A stretch of 64,000 nt of DNA from Rhynchobatus australiae (lineage: Eukaryota), in the NCBI GenBank assembly GCA_034780895.1, contig JAUZTB010000071.1:5678891-5742890 (forward strand), in the 5' to 3' direction. This document shows positions 1 through 13,049 of the stretch, in pieces. The first letter of the stretch is position 1. Every line of letters starts with the position of its first letter. Under the pieces are notes generated by a model. The model ran no database searches, was not told the DNA's origin, and saw only the letters and a program-made list of their open reading frames with translations. A program made the translations under genes and the position numbers.

Positions 1-178
1 GGGTGCTCCAGTTTCCTCCCACATTCCAAAGACATACAGGTTAGGAAGTTGTGGGCGTGCTATGTTGGTGCCAGAAGAGTGGTGACAATTGTGGGCTGCC
101 CCCAGAACACTTTACACAAAAGATGTATTTCACCATGTGTTTCGATGCGCATGTAACTAATAAAGATATCTTATCTTA
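1..178 (+). mobile_element. V-SINE-type SINE, 3' part
   Basis: V-domain-like GGTGCTCCAGTTTCCTCCCACATTCCAAAGAC; ends in AATAAA plus a (TATCT)n tail. Same family as 9154-9375. Confidence 0.7.
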
Positions 179-185
179 CCATTCT

Positions 186-280
186 CAGTTCTAATGAGAG
201 GTAATTACCCTGAAACATTAACTGTCTTTCTTCACAGCTGCTGCCTGATCATTTGAGTATTTCTCTGATTTTTTTTTTAC
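186..280 (+). mobile_element. Penelope-terminal-like short repeat with degenerate hammerhead motif
   Basis: CAGTT-CTAATGA-GAGGTAATTACCCT-GAAA-CATT-AACTG, followed by the family GCTGCCTGA motif. Confidence 0.55.
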
Positions 281-1261
281 TTGTCCCTCCCTCAGGACAA
301 TATTCTGCACTAATCTATATTAAAATGTATCTGCTGTGCCTTCGCACAATTATTGATTGTCTTTGATATTTTTCCTGGATCCTCTTGCTGCTTCTTTATT
401 CAATTCTGCTCCTGCCCCAGTTTTGTATTAACCACTATCTAACTTAAAAGTTGTTTTGTAAATTGGAAACTGTAAGGATGCCAAAGCCATCCCCAGTGGT
501 TTCTTAACAACTGCCCAGTAGTTGTTCTACTGTAGACATCCCAACCTTTACTTTGGTTGCCCCTTCAACCATCTCTATAAAGTTAAATAGCAGTTATTTG
601 TGTGGAACTTGCGAACATTTTATTTGTCAGTGCACCATGGTACGAGGCTTTCCAGATGTCACTTGAGGCTTCACTCCCCCAAGATTACCAAAGAGGTTAA
701 TGAGGCAAGGTCCTCTCCTAAGCTGTGTTGATAATTGTACTTGCATTGTCACCTTTATTTGCCATGTATCAGAGTTCATCCACTATTTAGTGACCGAAAG
801 CACATAAAATATTTCTTTCCATGTTTCTCCTGATATAGTAGAATATGTATTGTTTATGTGCAAGCTGTTAGTCAGGCTAATGCCAATATTCATTGTTGTT
901 CTGGTCCAAATTCTCATAATATGGTAACTTGTTTTTATCCAGTTTCAACCACCATTCGTGACATTGTGCTTATCTTTTCTTTTCCAAGTGCTGTTACTGT
1001 AACACTTCCTTCTTGGTGTAGTTAGCCCCAAGTAATATTTTCAATTCCCCCTTTGTCCCCCTAACCTACTTTTTCATACAATCCTGAATGTTCCTATATT
1101 CATCCTAATATACCCTGTAACACACCANNNNNNNNNNTAGGGTTCTATTTTGTTTCTGGTAGTATTGTTCATCTGTACTTGTTAATCCTAGGACAAATTG
1201 ATCCTGCTTATTCACCGACGAATCTTTAAAGCCACTCTATTTAATATTAGTAATAACAATG

Positions 1262-2521
1262 AACATAGAACAGTACAGCACAGTACAGTCCCTTCGGCCC
1301 ACTATGTTGTGCCGACCTATATAAATCTTACCCCCATTCAATCTACCCCCCCTCTACTTCACCTCCCATAANNNNNNNNNNNNNNNNNNNNNNNNNNNNN
1401 NNNNNNNNNNNNNNNNNNNNNNNNNNNNNNNNNNNNNNNNNNNNNNNNNNNNNNNNNNNNNNNNNNNNNNNNNNNNNNNNNNNNNNNNNNNNNNNNNNNN
1501 NNNNNNNNNNNNNNNNNNNNNNNNNNNNNNNNNNNNNNNNNNNNNNNNNNNNNNNNNNNNNNNNNNNNNNNNNNNNNNNNNNNNNNNNNNNNNNNNNNNN
1601 NNNNNNNNNNNNNNNNNNNNNNNNNNNNNNNNNNNNNNNNNNNNNNNNNNNNNNNNNNNNNNNNNNNNNNNNNNNNNNNNNNNNNNNNNNNNNNNNNNNN
1701 NNNNNNNNNNNNNNNNNNNNNNNNNNNNNNNNNNNNNNNNNNNNNNNNNNNNNNNNNNNNNNNNNNNNNNNNNNNNNNNNNNNNNNNNNNNNNNNNNNNN
1801 NNNNNNNNNNNNNNNNNNNNNNNNNNNNNNNNNNNNNNNNNNNNNNNNNNNNNNNNNNNNNNNNNNNNNNNNNNNNNNNNNNNNNNNNNNNNNNNNNNNN
1901 NNNNNNNNNNNNNNNNNNNNNNNNNNNNNNNNNNNNNNNNNNNNNNNNNNNNNNNNNNNNNNNNNNNNNNNNNNNNNNNNNNNNNNNNNNNNNNNNNNNN
2001 NNNNNNNNNNNNNNNNNNNNNNNNNNNNNNNNNNNNNNNNNNNNNNNNNNNNNNNNNNNNNNNNNNNNNNNNNNNNNNNNNNNNNNNNNNNNNNNNNNNN
2101 NNNNNNNNNNNNNNNNNNNNNNNNNNNNNNNNNNNNNNNNNNNNNNNNNNNNNNNNNNNNNNNNNNNNNNNNNNNNNNNNNNNNNNNNNNNNNNNNNNNN
2201 NNNNNNNNNNNNNNNNNNNNNNNNNNNNNNNNNNNNNNNNNNNNNNNNNNNNNNNNNNNNNNNNNNNNNNNNNNNNNNNNNNNNNNNNNNNNNNNNNNNN
2301 NNNNNNNNNNNNNNNNNNNNNNNNNNNNNNNNNNNNNNNNNNNNNNNNNNNNNNNNTCTCCTCTGCACCCTCTCCAAAGCTTCCACATCCTTCCTATAAT
2401 GTGGTGACCAGAACTGAACACAATACTCCAAGTATGGTCTAACCAGAGTCTTATAGAGCTGCAACGTTGCCTCTCGGCTCTTGAACTCAATCCTCCGGCT
2501 AATGAACACCAGCCCACCCAT
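1262..2521 (-). mobile_element. CR1-clade LINE, 3' fragment (mostly gap)
   Basis: ORF2 C-terminal peptide LQLYKTLVRPYLEYCVQFWSPHYRKDVEALERVQRR. A CR1-like 3' tail lies at 1262-1320. Confidence 0.85.
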
Positions 2522-3141
2522 AACATCTTCAAATTAATTTCCATACCCTTGAAGATGGCATTAATGAAATTATATTGTCGGCTCAATATTGATAAATTAC
2601 AGAAAGGTATATGATTGTTATCTGGCTGGGCTCCCACTCCTAATGCTTATATTATCCAGGGCACAGATCATTACAAATCAAAATACTCTCTTGGCTTTTC
2701 AGATATATTGGATTAGAAAGCCCTCAAGAAATATGTGTATTAATGATGTTCCCAAATTATATCGGGATTGGTTTAAACTCCTTTTAAATAAGGAAAATAG
2801 AAGCCACTTGAACCCTTTTCCTACTTTAGTTAGATCTTGGATGTTCTAACCTTCTTATGTCTAAACATCACTGTTCCTTTTCCATGGAACAGGATGCATT
2901 CCTGCCTATTCAGATTTGCTGATCTGTACCATGCCTTTAATATTTTTCCCTTTCATGTTTCACACATATCCATCAATCAATCTATTTGACCTCCACAGTA
3001 AACATGCCTACCTCACCTCCATCCCCATCTATATAGTCTTTCCTGAGCATTCATTTGTAAATTGTATCTATTACCATCATCTGAACTCAGGCACGTTTCT
3101 GATTTCACTGAGTCCTGCCACTCAAACTATCTCATGTTAGT

Positions 3142-3960
3142 GAATTGGTAAATTGGTTCATTATTGTCACTTGTACAGTGAAAAGCTTAGTTTTGCATGC
3201 CAGCCACACAGATAATTGCATTACAACAGAACATTGAGGTGGTACCAGGGAAAACAATAACAAAATGCAGAATAAAATGTTACAGATTACAAAGAAAGTG
3301 CAGTGCAGGCAGACAATAAGGTGCAAGGGCCATAATTTACAAATGAATGCTCAGGAAAGGCTCAGGAAAGGCCATAATGTGGTAGATTGTGAGGTCAAGA
3401 ATCCATTTTATCATACTAGGGGATCATTCAATATTCTGATAACAGCGTGAAGTAAACTGGCCTTGAACCAGGTGGTATGTGCTTTCAGGCTTTTGTATCT
3501 TCTGCCCATTGGAAGGGGGGAGAAGAGAGAATGGGTGTGATCATTGAATATACTGGGTGCTTTTCCGAGGCAGCGAGAAGTGTAGACAGAGTCCATGGAG
3601 GGGAGGCTGCTTTCTGTGATGTGCTGAGATGTGTCCACAACTCACTAAAGTTTCTTGTGGTCTCAGGCAGAGCAGTTGTCATACCAAGCAGTGATTCATC
3701 CAGATAAGATTCTTTCTGTGGTGCTTCGATAAAAATTGGTGAGTGTCAAAGGGGCTGTGCCAAAGTTCTTTAGCCTCTTGAGGAAGTAGAGGTGCTGGTG
3801 AGCATTCTTGGCCATGGTTGGACCATATCTACAGCATATGGTTGGACCAGGGTAGGCTATTGGTGATGTTCACTCCACGGAACTTGAAGCTCTCAACCCT
3901 CTTGACTTCAGCACCATTGATGTAAACAGGAGCATATTCACCATTCCCCTTCCTGAAGTC
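3142..3960 (-). mobile_element. Rex1/Babar-like LINE, 3' fragment
   Basis: Peptide SLPSMDSVYTSRCLGKAPSIFNDHTHSLFSPLPMGRRYKSLKAHTTWFKASLLHAVIRILN. Its 3' UTR is shared with the copies at 22975 and 56265. Confidence 0.75.
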
Positions 3961-4641
3961 TTTTGTTCCTTTGTTTTGCTGAAACAAAATATCCATGTTC
4001 CAAGACTATGTTCCCAGTCTTCATGTGCATGGACCTCAGCTGACTCCATTCAGCTCCCAGTAATTTCTGTTAGCGGGTTCACTGACAAATGCATTTCACA
4101 TTTTATTTGGAATCCAACTTTCTTTCCTCTCCACCTGAAAACTTCAACCTTAGTTCAAATGCTTCTCAGCCGCTTTTCTCTCGAATCTTGTGCTCTGATT
4201 GTCCAATTCTTCTCAACTCTAATTGTTATTTATAGAAGTGGCTCTCAGTTACATCCTCAGTTTTCCTGGTTAATCCTTGCTCTTTACCAAGGACATAAAA
4301 TTGACAAGAAATCATTACTTGAACTGAATCCTGCATATTTATGTTCAAAAAATAAATGTCAGTTACTCGTCACTGAATTTTACAGGAGACAATATACTTT
4401 TAAAGACAATTTGCCAGTGTGACATGAGAAACACTACTCCTAAATTGCTTGGGTCCTCAAATACACATCCTCTAAACCTCTTGTATGACTTTTCTCTAAG
4501 ATCAATGGTGCCACTTCAACCTTTCATTTGGAATGTCTGACTCCAGAGATCTTAGTACATAGTCTAGANNNNNNNNNNNNNNNNNNNNNNNNNNNNNNNN
4601 NNNNNNNNNNNNNNNNNNNNNNNNNNNNNNNNNNNNNNNNN

Positions 4642-4850
4642 CAGATGGATGTAAAGAAAAAAACATCCCTCTATTTTCAAAGAGGAGGAAATCTCCCTAG
4701 GGATCTGGCCAATATTTATCCCTTAGCCAACATCACTGAGCAGATTATCTGGAAGTTATTCTGTGTGGAAACTTGTGTTGCACAGAGAGGTGGCTGGGTT
4801 CCATGGATCAAAACAGTGGCTGTGCCTCAAAAAATACTTTGGAACTTGGT
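4642..4850 (+). mobile_element. DeuSINE (SacSINE1-like) fragment
   Basis: Deu-domain-like CTGGCCAATATTTATCCCTTAGCCAACATCACTGAGCAGATTATCTGG. Confidence 0.6.
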
Positions 4851-4899
4851 CATAAAGTTGCCATAGGAATGCAAGTGGACAACAGTCCAAATGGGCTAA

Positions 4900-5612
4900 G
4901 TGCAGGGTATACAGGAACAGAGGAGTTCGATGGGCAGGGTATAGATAATAAATCTTTGACAGTGGCATGAAATGTTGAAAGAGTGATTAGTAATGCACAG
5001 GGGACCCTGTGTCTCATAAATAAATGTATGGAGTCTGAAAGCAGGGAGGTTTGTTGAATCTTTATAAAACACTGTTTAGGCCACACCTGAAGTTTCGACC
5101 CCCCAGTCCTGATCTCAAGACTTCAGGAAGGATGTCAGGGTCCTAGAAAGAGTGCAGAAAAGATTTATTAGAATGGCTGCAGGAATGAGAGAGTTCTACC
5201 GTAAGTTTAGACTGGAGAAGCTAAGGTTTTTCACCTGAGAGTAAAGAAGACTGAGATGAGATTTGATAGAGGTGAACAAGACTGGTTTAGACAGAGTACA
5301 TCGAGGGAAACAAGTGATACGTGAAGATCAAAGGGCTTGGATTACAGTGATAATGCAAGAAATGTGGGGATGTGAGGTAAAGTTTGTTTATGGAGAGAAC
5401 TGTGAATAAATGGAACTCAGTAACATTAAGAATGGTGGAAATAGTCAGTTAGAGCATTCAAAAAGGAACTGGATAAGCCTTTGATGGAAATTAATTTTTA
5501 GGGTCTCTGGGAATAACCTTGGATATGGAACTCGTGGATTGTTTTACAAAGCACTGGACTCATTTGGCTGAACATCTTCCAGGAATACAGCATTGCTTCT
5601 ATGATTCTATGT
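4900..5612 (+). mobile_element. Decayed CR1-clade LINE, 3' region
   Basis: Degenerate LYKT..RPHL...FRKDVRVLERVQKRFIRM coding remnants; tail TCTATGATTCTATG. Confidence 0.7.
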
Positions 5613-7039
5613 TCACCTCAATCTATATTATTTTTTCAACCACATCCATCTTTACTGAGAACTCATTAATTGTGAAATCATTCCGAACAAATAACAGAGA
5701 AGCGTCAGAATCTTTTGGTTCTTTTAAAAGATGAAATTAACTATTTTTCATTTGTTTTACTGGTAATTATTTCAGAACATTTGTGCAAATAGTAAGCAGT
5801 TCATTGTGGAGACTGGTTTAATGGCAGCATNNNNNNNNNNNNNNNNNNNNNNNNNNNNNNNNNNNNNNNNNNNNNNNNNNNNNNNNNNNNNNNNNNNNNN
5901 NNNNNNNNNNNNNNNNNNNNNNNNNNNCTTCAAGCTTGGTAATAAGTACAAACCAGTTGCTCCGATAATATGATTGGTTTTCCCTGTTTAACTGAGGTAA
6001 TAAACAAACAGATGGCAAAAAGAAAAAGAAAACTCAATAATTAATGGCAGTTTCTCCTAAGTGAAGTGTAAAAGGCAAACAACAGTGTCTCCTTAATATT
6101 CAAACAATAAAGATGCTAATCAAAGTACTTTACAACCAAGGATTAATAAGGGTGACCTTCCTTTAGCTCACCAAATTAAGCATATTGCACAGTAATTGAA
6201 AGGCTTCTGTCTGGACAGTTTATTGATCAGTTTGTTACCGGCCAACAAATATTTTATTTGAGGATGTACTGCTGGGAAATTCAGTAACATTCAGTACCCA
6301 AATTCTTGTGTATTGCAGGATATGCCTTATTCAGTCAAAGGTCTTTCCATCTCTTCCTTTGGCATTGCAGAAAGGAAAAGAAAATTAGCCAACCCCACAT
6401 AAGGGTGATGGCTGAGTAGAGATTGTGAAAGAGTGGGGCCCAGGCTGTGGTAGTGACTTGGGACAGAGGCAAGGGTTGTGGTTTGTGGATGGGTAACGTG
6501 TTGGACTGGAGATTAGCAGAAGGTCAAGGCAAGAATTGGCAGTTAGTGATCAGTGGGGGTGGAGTCAGTAGATGGGAGGAATCAAGTTGACAGATGAGTG
6601 GTCGGGAAGAATTGACTGAGAATGGGGAGGGATGGGTGGTGGGGGATGCTGAAGGTGAGCCAAGTGAAGGGACACATCTGAGGTAGATTCCCACCGCCAG
6701 CTCAATGGGCATACGTGGGCACTTCAATGAGAACACTGGTCCACACTGAGTTAGCTGGTATCAGTTAGCAGAGGGCATTAAAATTAGCTGCAAAGCAGTG
6801 AAGTTAGAATGGGGGCATATATATTGTATCGATAGATGAACTGGGATTCCCACTCCTAATTCCTATCTAGTGACCTCTGCTGAATATCAGAACACTAGGT
6901 TCTTCATGTGATCCTCGCACAATCCAATGTAATGCATTTATTTGTATTAATGCCTCTTGTATCTTGTACTAATGCCTCTTATTCTAGTATCTTGTGCTCT
7001 CCCGTTTTTAATGATCCAGCATCACAGCCAAGCCTTCAA

Positions 7040-7230
7040 CTACTTCTCTCTCCTCCATTAAGACGCTCCTTAAAACCTACCTCTTTGACCAACCCTTTGA
7101 CCATCCGTCCCAATATCTCTCTGTGTGACCTGATGTCACTTTTTCACTGAAGCACAATAATGGCAGTCATTTTGGAGCAATAAAATTATATTTGAGGGAC
7201 TCTGTGAATGCAAGGTGCTATTTTTGATGC
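7040..7230 (+). mobile_element. L2-like LINE 3' end remnant
   Basis: KTLLKTYLFDQ-type terminal coding motif (aagacgctccttaaaacctacctctttgaccaa). Confidence 0.4.
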
Positions 7231-8772
7231 TGTGCACTCACTGTCACTCACCCACTTGCACACAAAGAATGGTCACTTGGGTGAGCAGGGTGAGGCTTAA
7301 CCCATGGAACCATATCCTAGTATGGGTCAGTGAATGAGGGATAAGGGTTAAAACCTGGAGAAAACAACACCTACAATTAAATTAAGAAACTATTCATTGA
7401 GCTTTGTTTATCAAGGCGTGAATCTGTTTTGTTTCCATGTGTGGTGTGTACTCACTCCCCTCAATATGACAGATATCCCTGTTCTTTCACAAACCTGCCT
7501 CTCATTTTCTACAGTCACTGAAAAGGCAACTAACCAATGCCAACACTAATTTTATAGATTTTGACACCATAATCTCACTTGAAATGATCAATACAGCTTT
7601 AAACAAAAAATAATGGACCGCCATTATCACAGAAGAGGTGTCTGTCAAATCTGCCTTGATTTATTTGGAAATATAAAATAATGGAAATTATGTTTGAAGT
7701 AACCTCAATGGCATGTGCCAAAACTAATCTTTTTAAGAATATTGTCAAGCTTTTTTTTCCAAAGAAAAATCAGTGTGTATATTTGGATCAACGAACAAAG
7801 CACCTTTGGGGTAAATATTTTGTGAGACTAGGTCTCACTTGAATACATTGGTTATGAATATCCTCAGGAACCTTACTCTCGGATGTTTACTGTGACATTG
7901 GAAGTCAAAACAACCAGGAAAAAAATCATTTATGCCATTTTTCCAGGGGTTAACGACAGCTCCTGTTCCGAAGTTATTACAGATAATTGGAAGAACTCCA
8001 CATCTGATCTGTCTATCCTTTAGGTAGGTATTCCAGAGAAGTACTGCATTCCTGGCATCTGACCAAGTCCCTGCTCGACTGGTTTAATAATTGATAGAGG
8101 AACATAGGTAGATCTCACACAGAAGTAAGCCATTCGGCTTGGGCCTGCTCTTCTATTCAATTAGATTAAGAATGAGCAAGATGGTCTTAGAAAGAGGAGG
8201 TCCTGGTAAACAATCAATGACCTGCCTTGTTATTGATCAAAATATTTATTCCAGCATCCTAGTTCAACCTTTCCCTTGTTCTTTCCAAAGTGCTCCAGCT
8301 AATATAAACGTCAGTTTTTAGTTTAATGAAGTATTCAGCTGGCCCTGCCAGCTTCTCCTGCCCAGAGTGGACATGGTTCATGCTTTTAAGCAACGTGCAT
8401 TCTGACCGACACACCAGCAGTCTTTACATCATGGGGTGGGAGGACAGGTTTCTAGAGCATGTTTGGTGGCCAAATTTTAATGAAACAAAAGCAGAATACC
8501 CCAAATGCTGGAAACTTGAAAGAAAAACAGAGAATACTAAAACTATTTTAGCCAAGCAGGTAACATCATGGAGATAGGGAAAAGGTTATAAGTTCAACAA
8601 TAAGTTACTTCGTATCATTATCAGAAAAAATTTAAAATTTAATAGTTTTATCGCCATACATAGGGAGACGAAAGGACAAAACGACAAAGCTGTGACAAGA
8701 TGGAAACAAGGAGTAACTTTGCTGCCAACCCATAAATTATTAGAATAATATTCAGCAGCTAAATTGATCAAT

Positions 8773-8866
8773 GCACAAAATGCTGGAGGAACTCAGCGGG
8801 TCAGGCAGTGTCTATGGATGGAAATGGACAGTCAATGTTTCAGGTCGAGACCCTTCATCTGGACTG
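8773..8866 (-). mobile_element. Penelope-terminal-like short repeat with hammerhead motif
   Basis: Minus strand reads CAGTC-CAGATGA-AGGGTCTCGACCT-GAAA-CATT-GACTG...CCTGACCCGCTGAGTTCCTCCAGCATTTTGTG. Confidence 0.7.
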
Positions 8867-9153
8867 GGTTGATCGTATTGGTTTGTGGTTGAAGCTGTAC
8901 CTTGGTCTATGATTTGATGCTGTCGGTGTCAAACTCCTTCCTTCTCAATTGCTCAGTGACAAGTGGGATTGGGACCCCAGTTTATTTCCAGTTGTCTTAA
9001 GTGAACCAGTTTCCATTTAAAAGATTATCAGGAAGGATGATTCATAGTTTGACCTGTGTGGAATTGCAAAGTTTTCTTCATATTTACAGGGTTGTTGTAA
9101 AGTTGAGGCCACCTGAAATGGTCCTGAAATGAAGCGGATTCCATAATGTTCCA

Positions 9154-9375
9154 TAAGATAAGATAAGATATTTATTTATTTATTAGTCACATGTACATCG
9201 AAACACACAGTAAAGTGCATCTTTTTGCATCAGTAAAAATGTGCTGGGGGCAGCCCGGAAGTGTTGCCACACTTCCAGCGTCAACATAGCAAGCCCACAG
9301 CTCCTGACCTATACGTCTCTTTTGGAATGTGGGAGGAAACCCACGCAGACATGGAGAAACGTACAAACTCCTTAC
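9154..9375 (-). mobile_element. V-SINE-type SINE (runs into gap)
   Basis: Reverse-complement copy of the 1-178 family, with a (TAAGA)n tail and TTTGGAATGTGGGAGGAAACC. Confidence 0.75.
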
Positions 9376-11899
9376 NNNNNNNNNNNNNNNNNNNNNNNNN
9401 NNNNNNNNNNNNNNNNNNNNNNNNNNNNNNNNNNNNNNNNNNNNNNNNNNNNNNNNNNNNNNNNNNNNNNNNNNNNNNNNNNNNNNNNNNNNNNNNNNNN
9501 NNNNNNNNNNNNNNNNNNNNNNNNNNNNNNNNNNNNNNNNNNNNNNNNNNNNNNNNNNNNNNNNNNNNNNNNNNNNNNNNNNNNNNNNNNNNNNNNNNNN
9601 NNNNNNNNNNNNNNNNNNNNNNNNNNNNNNNNNNNNNNNNNNNNNNNNNNNNNNNNNNNNNNNNNNNNNNNNNNNNNNNNNNNNNNNNNNNNNNNNNNNN
9701 NNNNNNNNNNNNNNNNNNNNNNNNNNNNNNNNNNNNNNNNNNNNNNNNNNNNNNNNNNNNNNNNNNNNNNNNNNNNNNNNNNNNNNNNNNNNNNNNNNNN
9801 NNNNNNNNNNNNNNNNNNNNNNNNNNNNNNNNNNNNNNNNNNNNNNNNNNNNNNNNNNNNNNNNNNNNNNNNNNNNNNNNNNNNNNNNNNNNNNNNNNNN
9901 NNNNNNNNNNNNNNNNNNNNNNNNNNNNNNNNNNNNNNNNNNNNNNNNNNNNNNNNNNNNNNNNNNNNNNNNNNNNNNNNNNNNNNNNNNNNNNNNNNNN
10001 NNNNNNNNNNNNNNNNNNNNNNNNNGCAGGTTTGCTTGGCTCTTGTGTTAGGGCGGAAACATTCACAATGACAGCGACAGGCTCCAAACGTCTTAAACTT
10101 CTCTATGACCTTCTTACCACCATCTGATCTGCCGAGCATTGGAACCAGTTCCCTATGACCCTCTCATAGATGTTAAACAAACTACCTCGCCTTATTGTCT
10201 CCTATCTTTCCTGATGAGAATTAAATATGAATACTAATCTTTCCATTAATTTTAGGAAAAAATAGAAATCTGTAATGCTTATGAAAGATACAGCCCTTAA
10301 CGGAATTGAGTTTTCCTAACGTATATGAAAAGTTTTCTTTCCCCAGTATGTACCAAATCCAAGGCCAAACGTTCTTACCGCCTCTCTTGATGTTTAATCC
10401 GCATTTCTGATTACAATTTACACCCCTGTTCGCCTCACATTAGATACGATGCTCCCGTTAGTTAGGTACAAGTTCTCTACGGTGCATAAGATATATTTAT
10501 CGCTATCCTTCAATGGTTTGTGTGGTTTCGCCGAACTGGAAATTGTACAACCGGAAAGAGTAGAATTTGAGGAAATGTCAGTCTTGCGAATTTGGGCATA
10601 GATTCCACTATTTGGTTNNNNNNNNNNNNNNNNNNNNNNNNNNNNNNNNNNNNNNNNNNNNNNNNNCTGGGTGAACAAAATATATCTCTTCTGGTTCAGC
10701 TGGTCAAAAACAAGGAATGCAACATCTGTGTAACAGGAGGAAAGAACAGTTTGACTTCAAATTAGAACCCCGAACATCTGGAGCAGCCAAGCATTGCTCG
10801 GACAGATCCTTGTTCATACTGGTCTGGAACGTCACGATTTTTTGATATACATCAAACTAGAAAAATACACACAAGTCGTGTGTTTAAATGGGTTTGCATT
10901 CTCTCGCATTCTGATTAACCATAAATCTCTAACATTTCTCTGTCAGATTGTAATTGGTACCGTAGTTTAGTCTTATTTTCTGGTTAAATCCACAGTCCTA
11001 CCCAGTAAAATGAACTGTTGTTAACAGTGTTACCAACTCTGGCTCGTTGCAAAAGATAATTTTTCTTTTATCCCTCTCTCAAAAACAACCGGACATTCCT
11101 GATTTACTCTGCGAAGAGTCTCAAACTTTAACGAAAGATTTGCAATCTATTTTTGCCCTCTCGAATCTGCCCCTATTCCCCAGCGTCGAGAGTTCGGATA
11201 TAAATGTTTAGTCTTAAAATAATCGAAAAATTGAGTGGGGATTCGGTCACATAAAACAATCCCACGGAATAATAAAGAGCAACAGTCTTGTGACGCAGTC
11301 ACAGAGGAGATGGTGTTTAGTTTCTCCTACAAGGCGAGTTAGCTGTTCTACCCCACCTGAAAGCATCTTCTTCCATACCCAGAGGACCGCGGTTCACATT
11401 CACGGTTGGGCCATGTCAGAGTTTGTATAAGATGAAATGCTCTCCTATTCTTTCATAGACTGGCATAATCTCAATCCAATCCATGGATGACCGTGGTGAA
11501 TTAGACGCTGGCGTGTAACTATAGGTAACGCCAATGCGGTGTATTTATTCCAATAGAACGGTTAAACTTTCCAGCTATCAATATTGCCTGTTTCATATTG
11601 TGCATTGTTTCCATTACATCTTTCATTATAAAGAACAATTCTTGTTTTAATTTACAGAAACCGATTTGAAATGTACGGTGTACCTTTTCATTTAAAAAAA
11701 ACGTTCTCTGAAACCACAATAAAAACCAGCATTGAATATTAAATCCTACCGATACCGAGCCCTCTCGCTTCTATATTGTGTACATTCGGGAGGGGAAGTG
11801 CATTATTTAGCACACATTTAGATTTAGAATATTCTCTGGAATATGGAATTTTATTTTGAATCCAGTGTATTGTTTTTACAAAATGAAATGCCCAGGGTA

Positions 11900-12150
11900 T
11901 GTTGCCAGCATCGATGGTAACCATGGCGACTCTCCAGAAAGGTGTATAATACACAGAGCTTGACGGTACAGTTGGCTGCCTCCTGCCACTGAATCTATTG
12001 CTTTTTCAACGAAGCCTGGTGAACGGCCCTCGGTGGCTTTTGTTTCTCATTCGTGGCCTTGCCCCGCGCCCTACGTTCTGGATCTGAATAGAGTACCGTT
12101 CCCGGGGATGTTTGCATCAATATAATCCGCCCCTACCCGCCCTGGGCATT
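11900..12150. promoter_or_regulatory. CpG-rich element with RFX X-box-like motif and GC boxes
   Basis: GTAACCATGGCGAC at 11917-11930; CCGCCC motifs at about 12127-12143. Confidence 0.35.
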
Positions 12151-12213
12151 ATATTATCTTCAACCGACGTTCGGCACCATTCGCTTTATCATCAAACTTT
12201 CGATTCTTCCCCC

Positions 12214-12345
12214 CCCCAAAAAAAAATAAATATGAATTACAGATTGATTTCGAGATGCCTTATTCACACACGGCTCTGGAGCCCCAAATAATATGAAATT
12301 GTGGAGATAAACACATTGATTTGGAGGTGCCTTATTCACACAAGA
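12214..12345. repeat. Imperfect tandem duplication (period about 75 bp)
   Basis: CCCCAAA..AATATGAA..ATTGATTT.GAG.TGCCTTATTCACACA occurs twice. Confidence 0.7.
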
Positions 12346-13049
12346 TACTTGCACCAGTGCTATTGATTCTTCTCTCTCTCCCGTGTCAGTTGCTCCCAAT
12401 CCCCCATTCGTTCCCAAGCCTTCCACCCTCCTGGCGTGGTTTTCCCATCATTTTCCCCATGGCCGGGCGACTGCCCCTTCTACAGAGAGAAGCTTTATTC
12501 CCTCAGTGACCCAGTATTCAGAATCGGATTCGCATCGCCCGATTGATAATAGAGCCTTCATTGACATGGTCTTGGTGTGGTGAAAATGGTAATCCGGATG
12601 TCAACTGAATATAATACAACATGTCTTTTAATACAACCCTCCTGTTAACCAAATCTGGGTCAACTGTGGGAGTGCGGTGCTCGGTTCACAGGATGCTTGC
12701 GTCTCTGGCCAACCCCAAAATTTCAATTGAACCCTTTGTGACCTCAAGAGGTCGCAGCGTTCTTTGCAGCCAGTGTACAATTTTCTGAAGTGTACTGTTG
12801 CAAACTCAGGCACTGATGCACTTCCAGAAGATCAGGTGAAAATGCAAAGCAAGAGTGCCTGAAATCCGAAAATGACGGTAACATTCTCAATAATAGAACC
12901 CAGAGAGCTGCTGCGTTGAAGCCTTCCAGCCACTGAATGACATGTTCTGTATCTTCAACATCCTTTTCTTAAATTTCGTCCCTTGAAAACTTCGTCTCCA
13001 ACCAGCGTACAGTGTACAATCTCTAAATGAGGCGATATTATGTTATCCA

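Noticed and set aside
1343-2637. Long ORFs in the track (also about 9241-10139, 15243-15813, 17102-17762, 35127-35602 and 55147-55583)
   Set aside because: Their length comes from N runs; only the CR1 peptide and the PCGF2 last exon are real.
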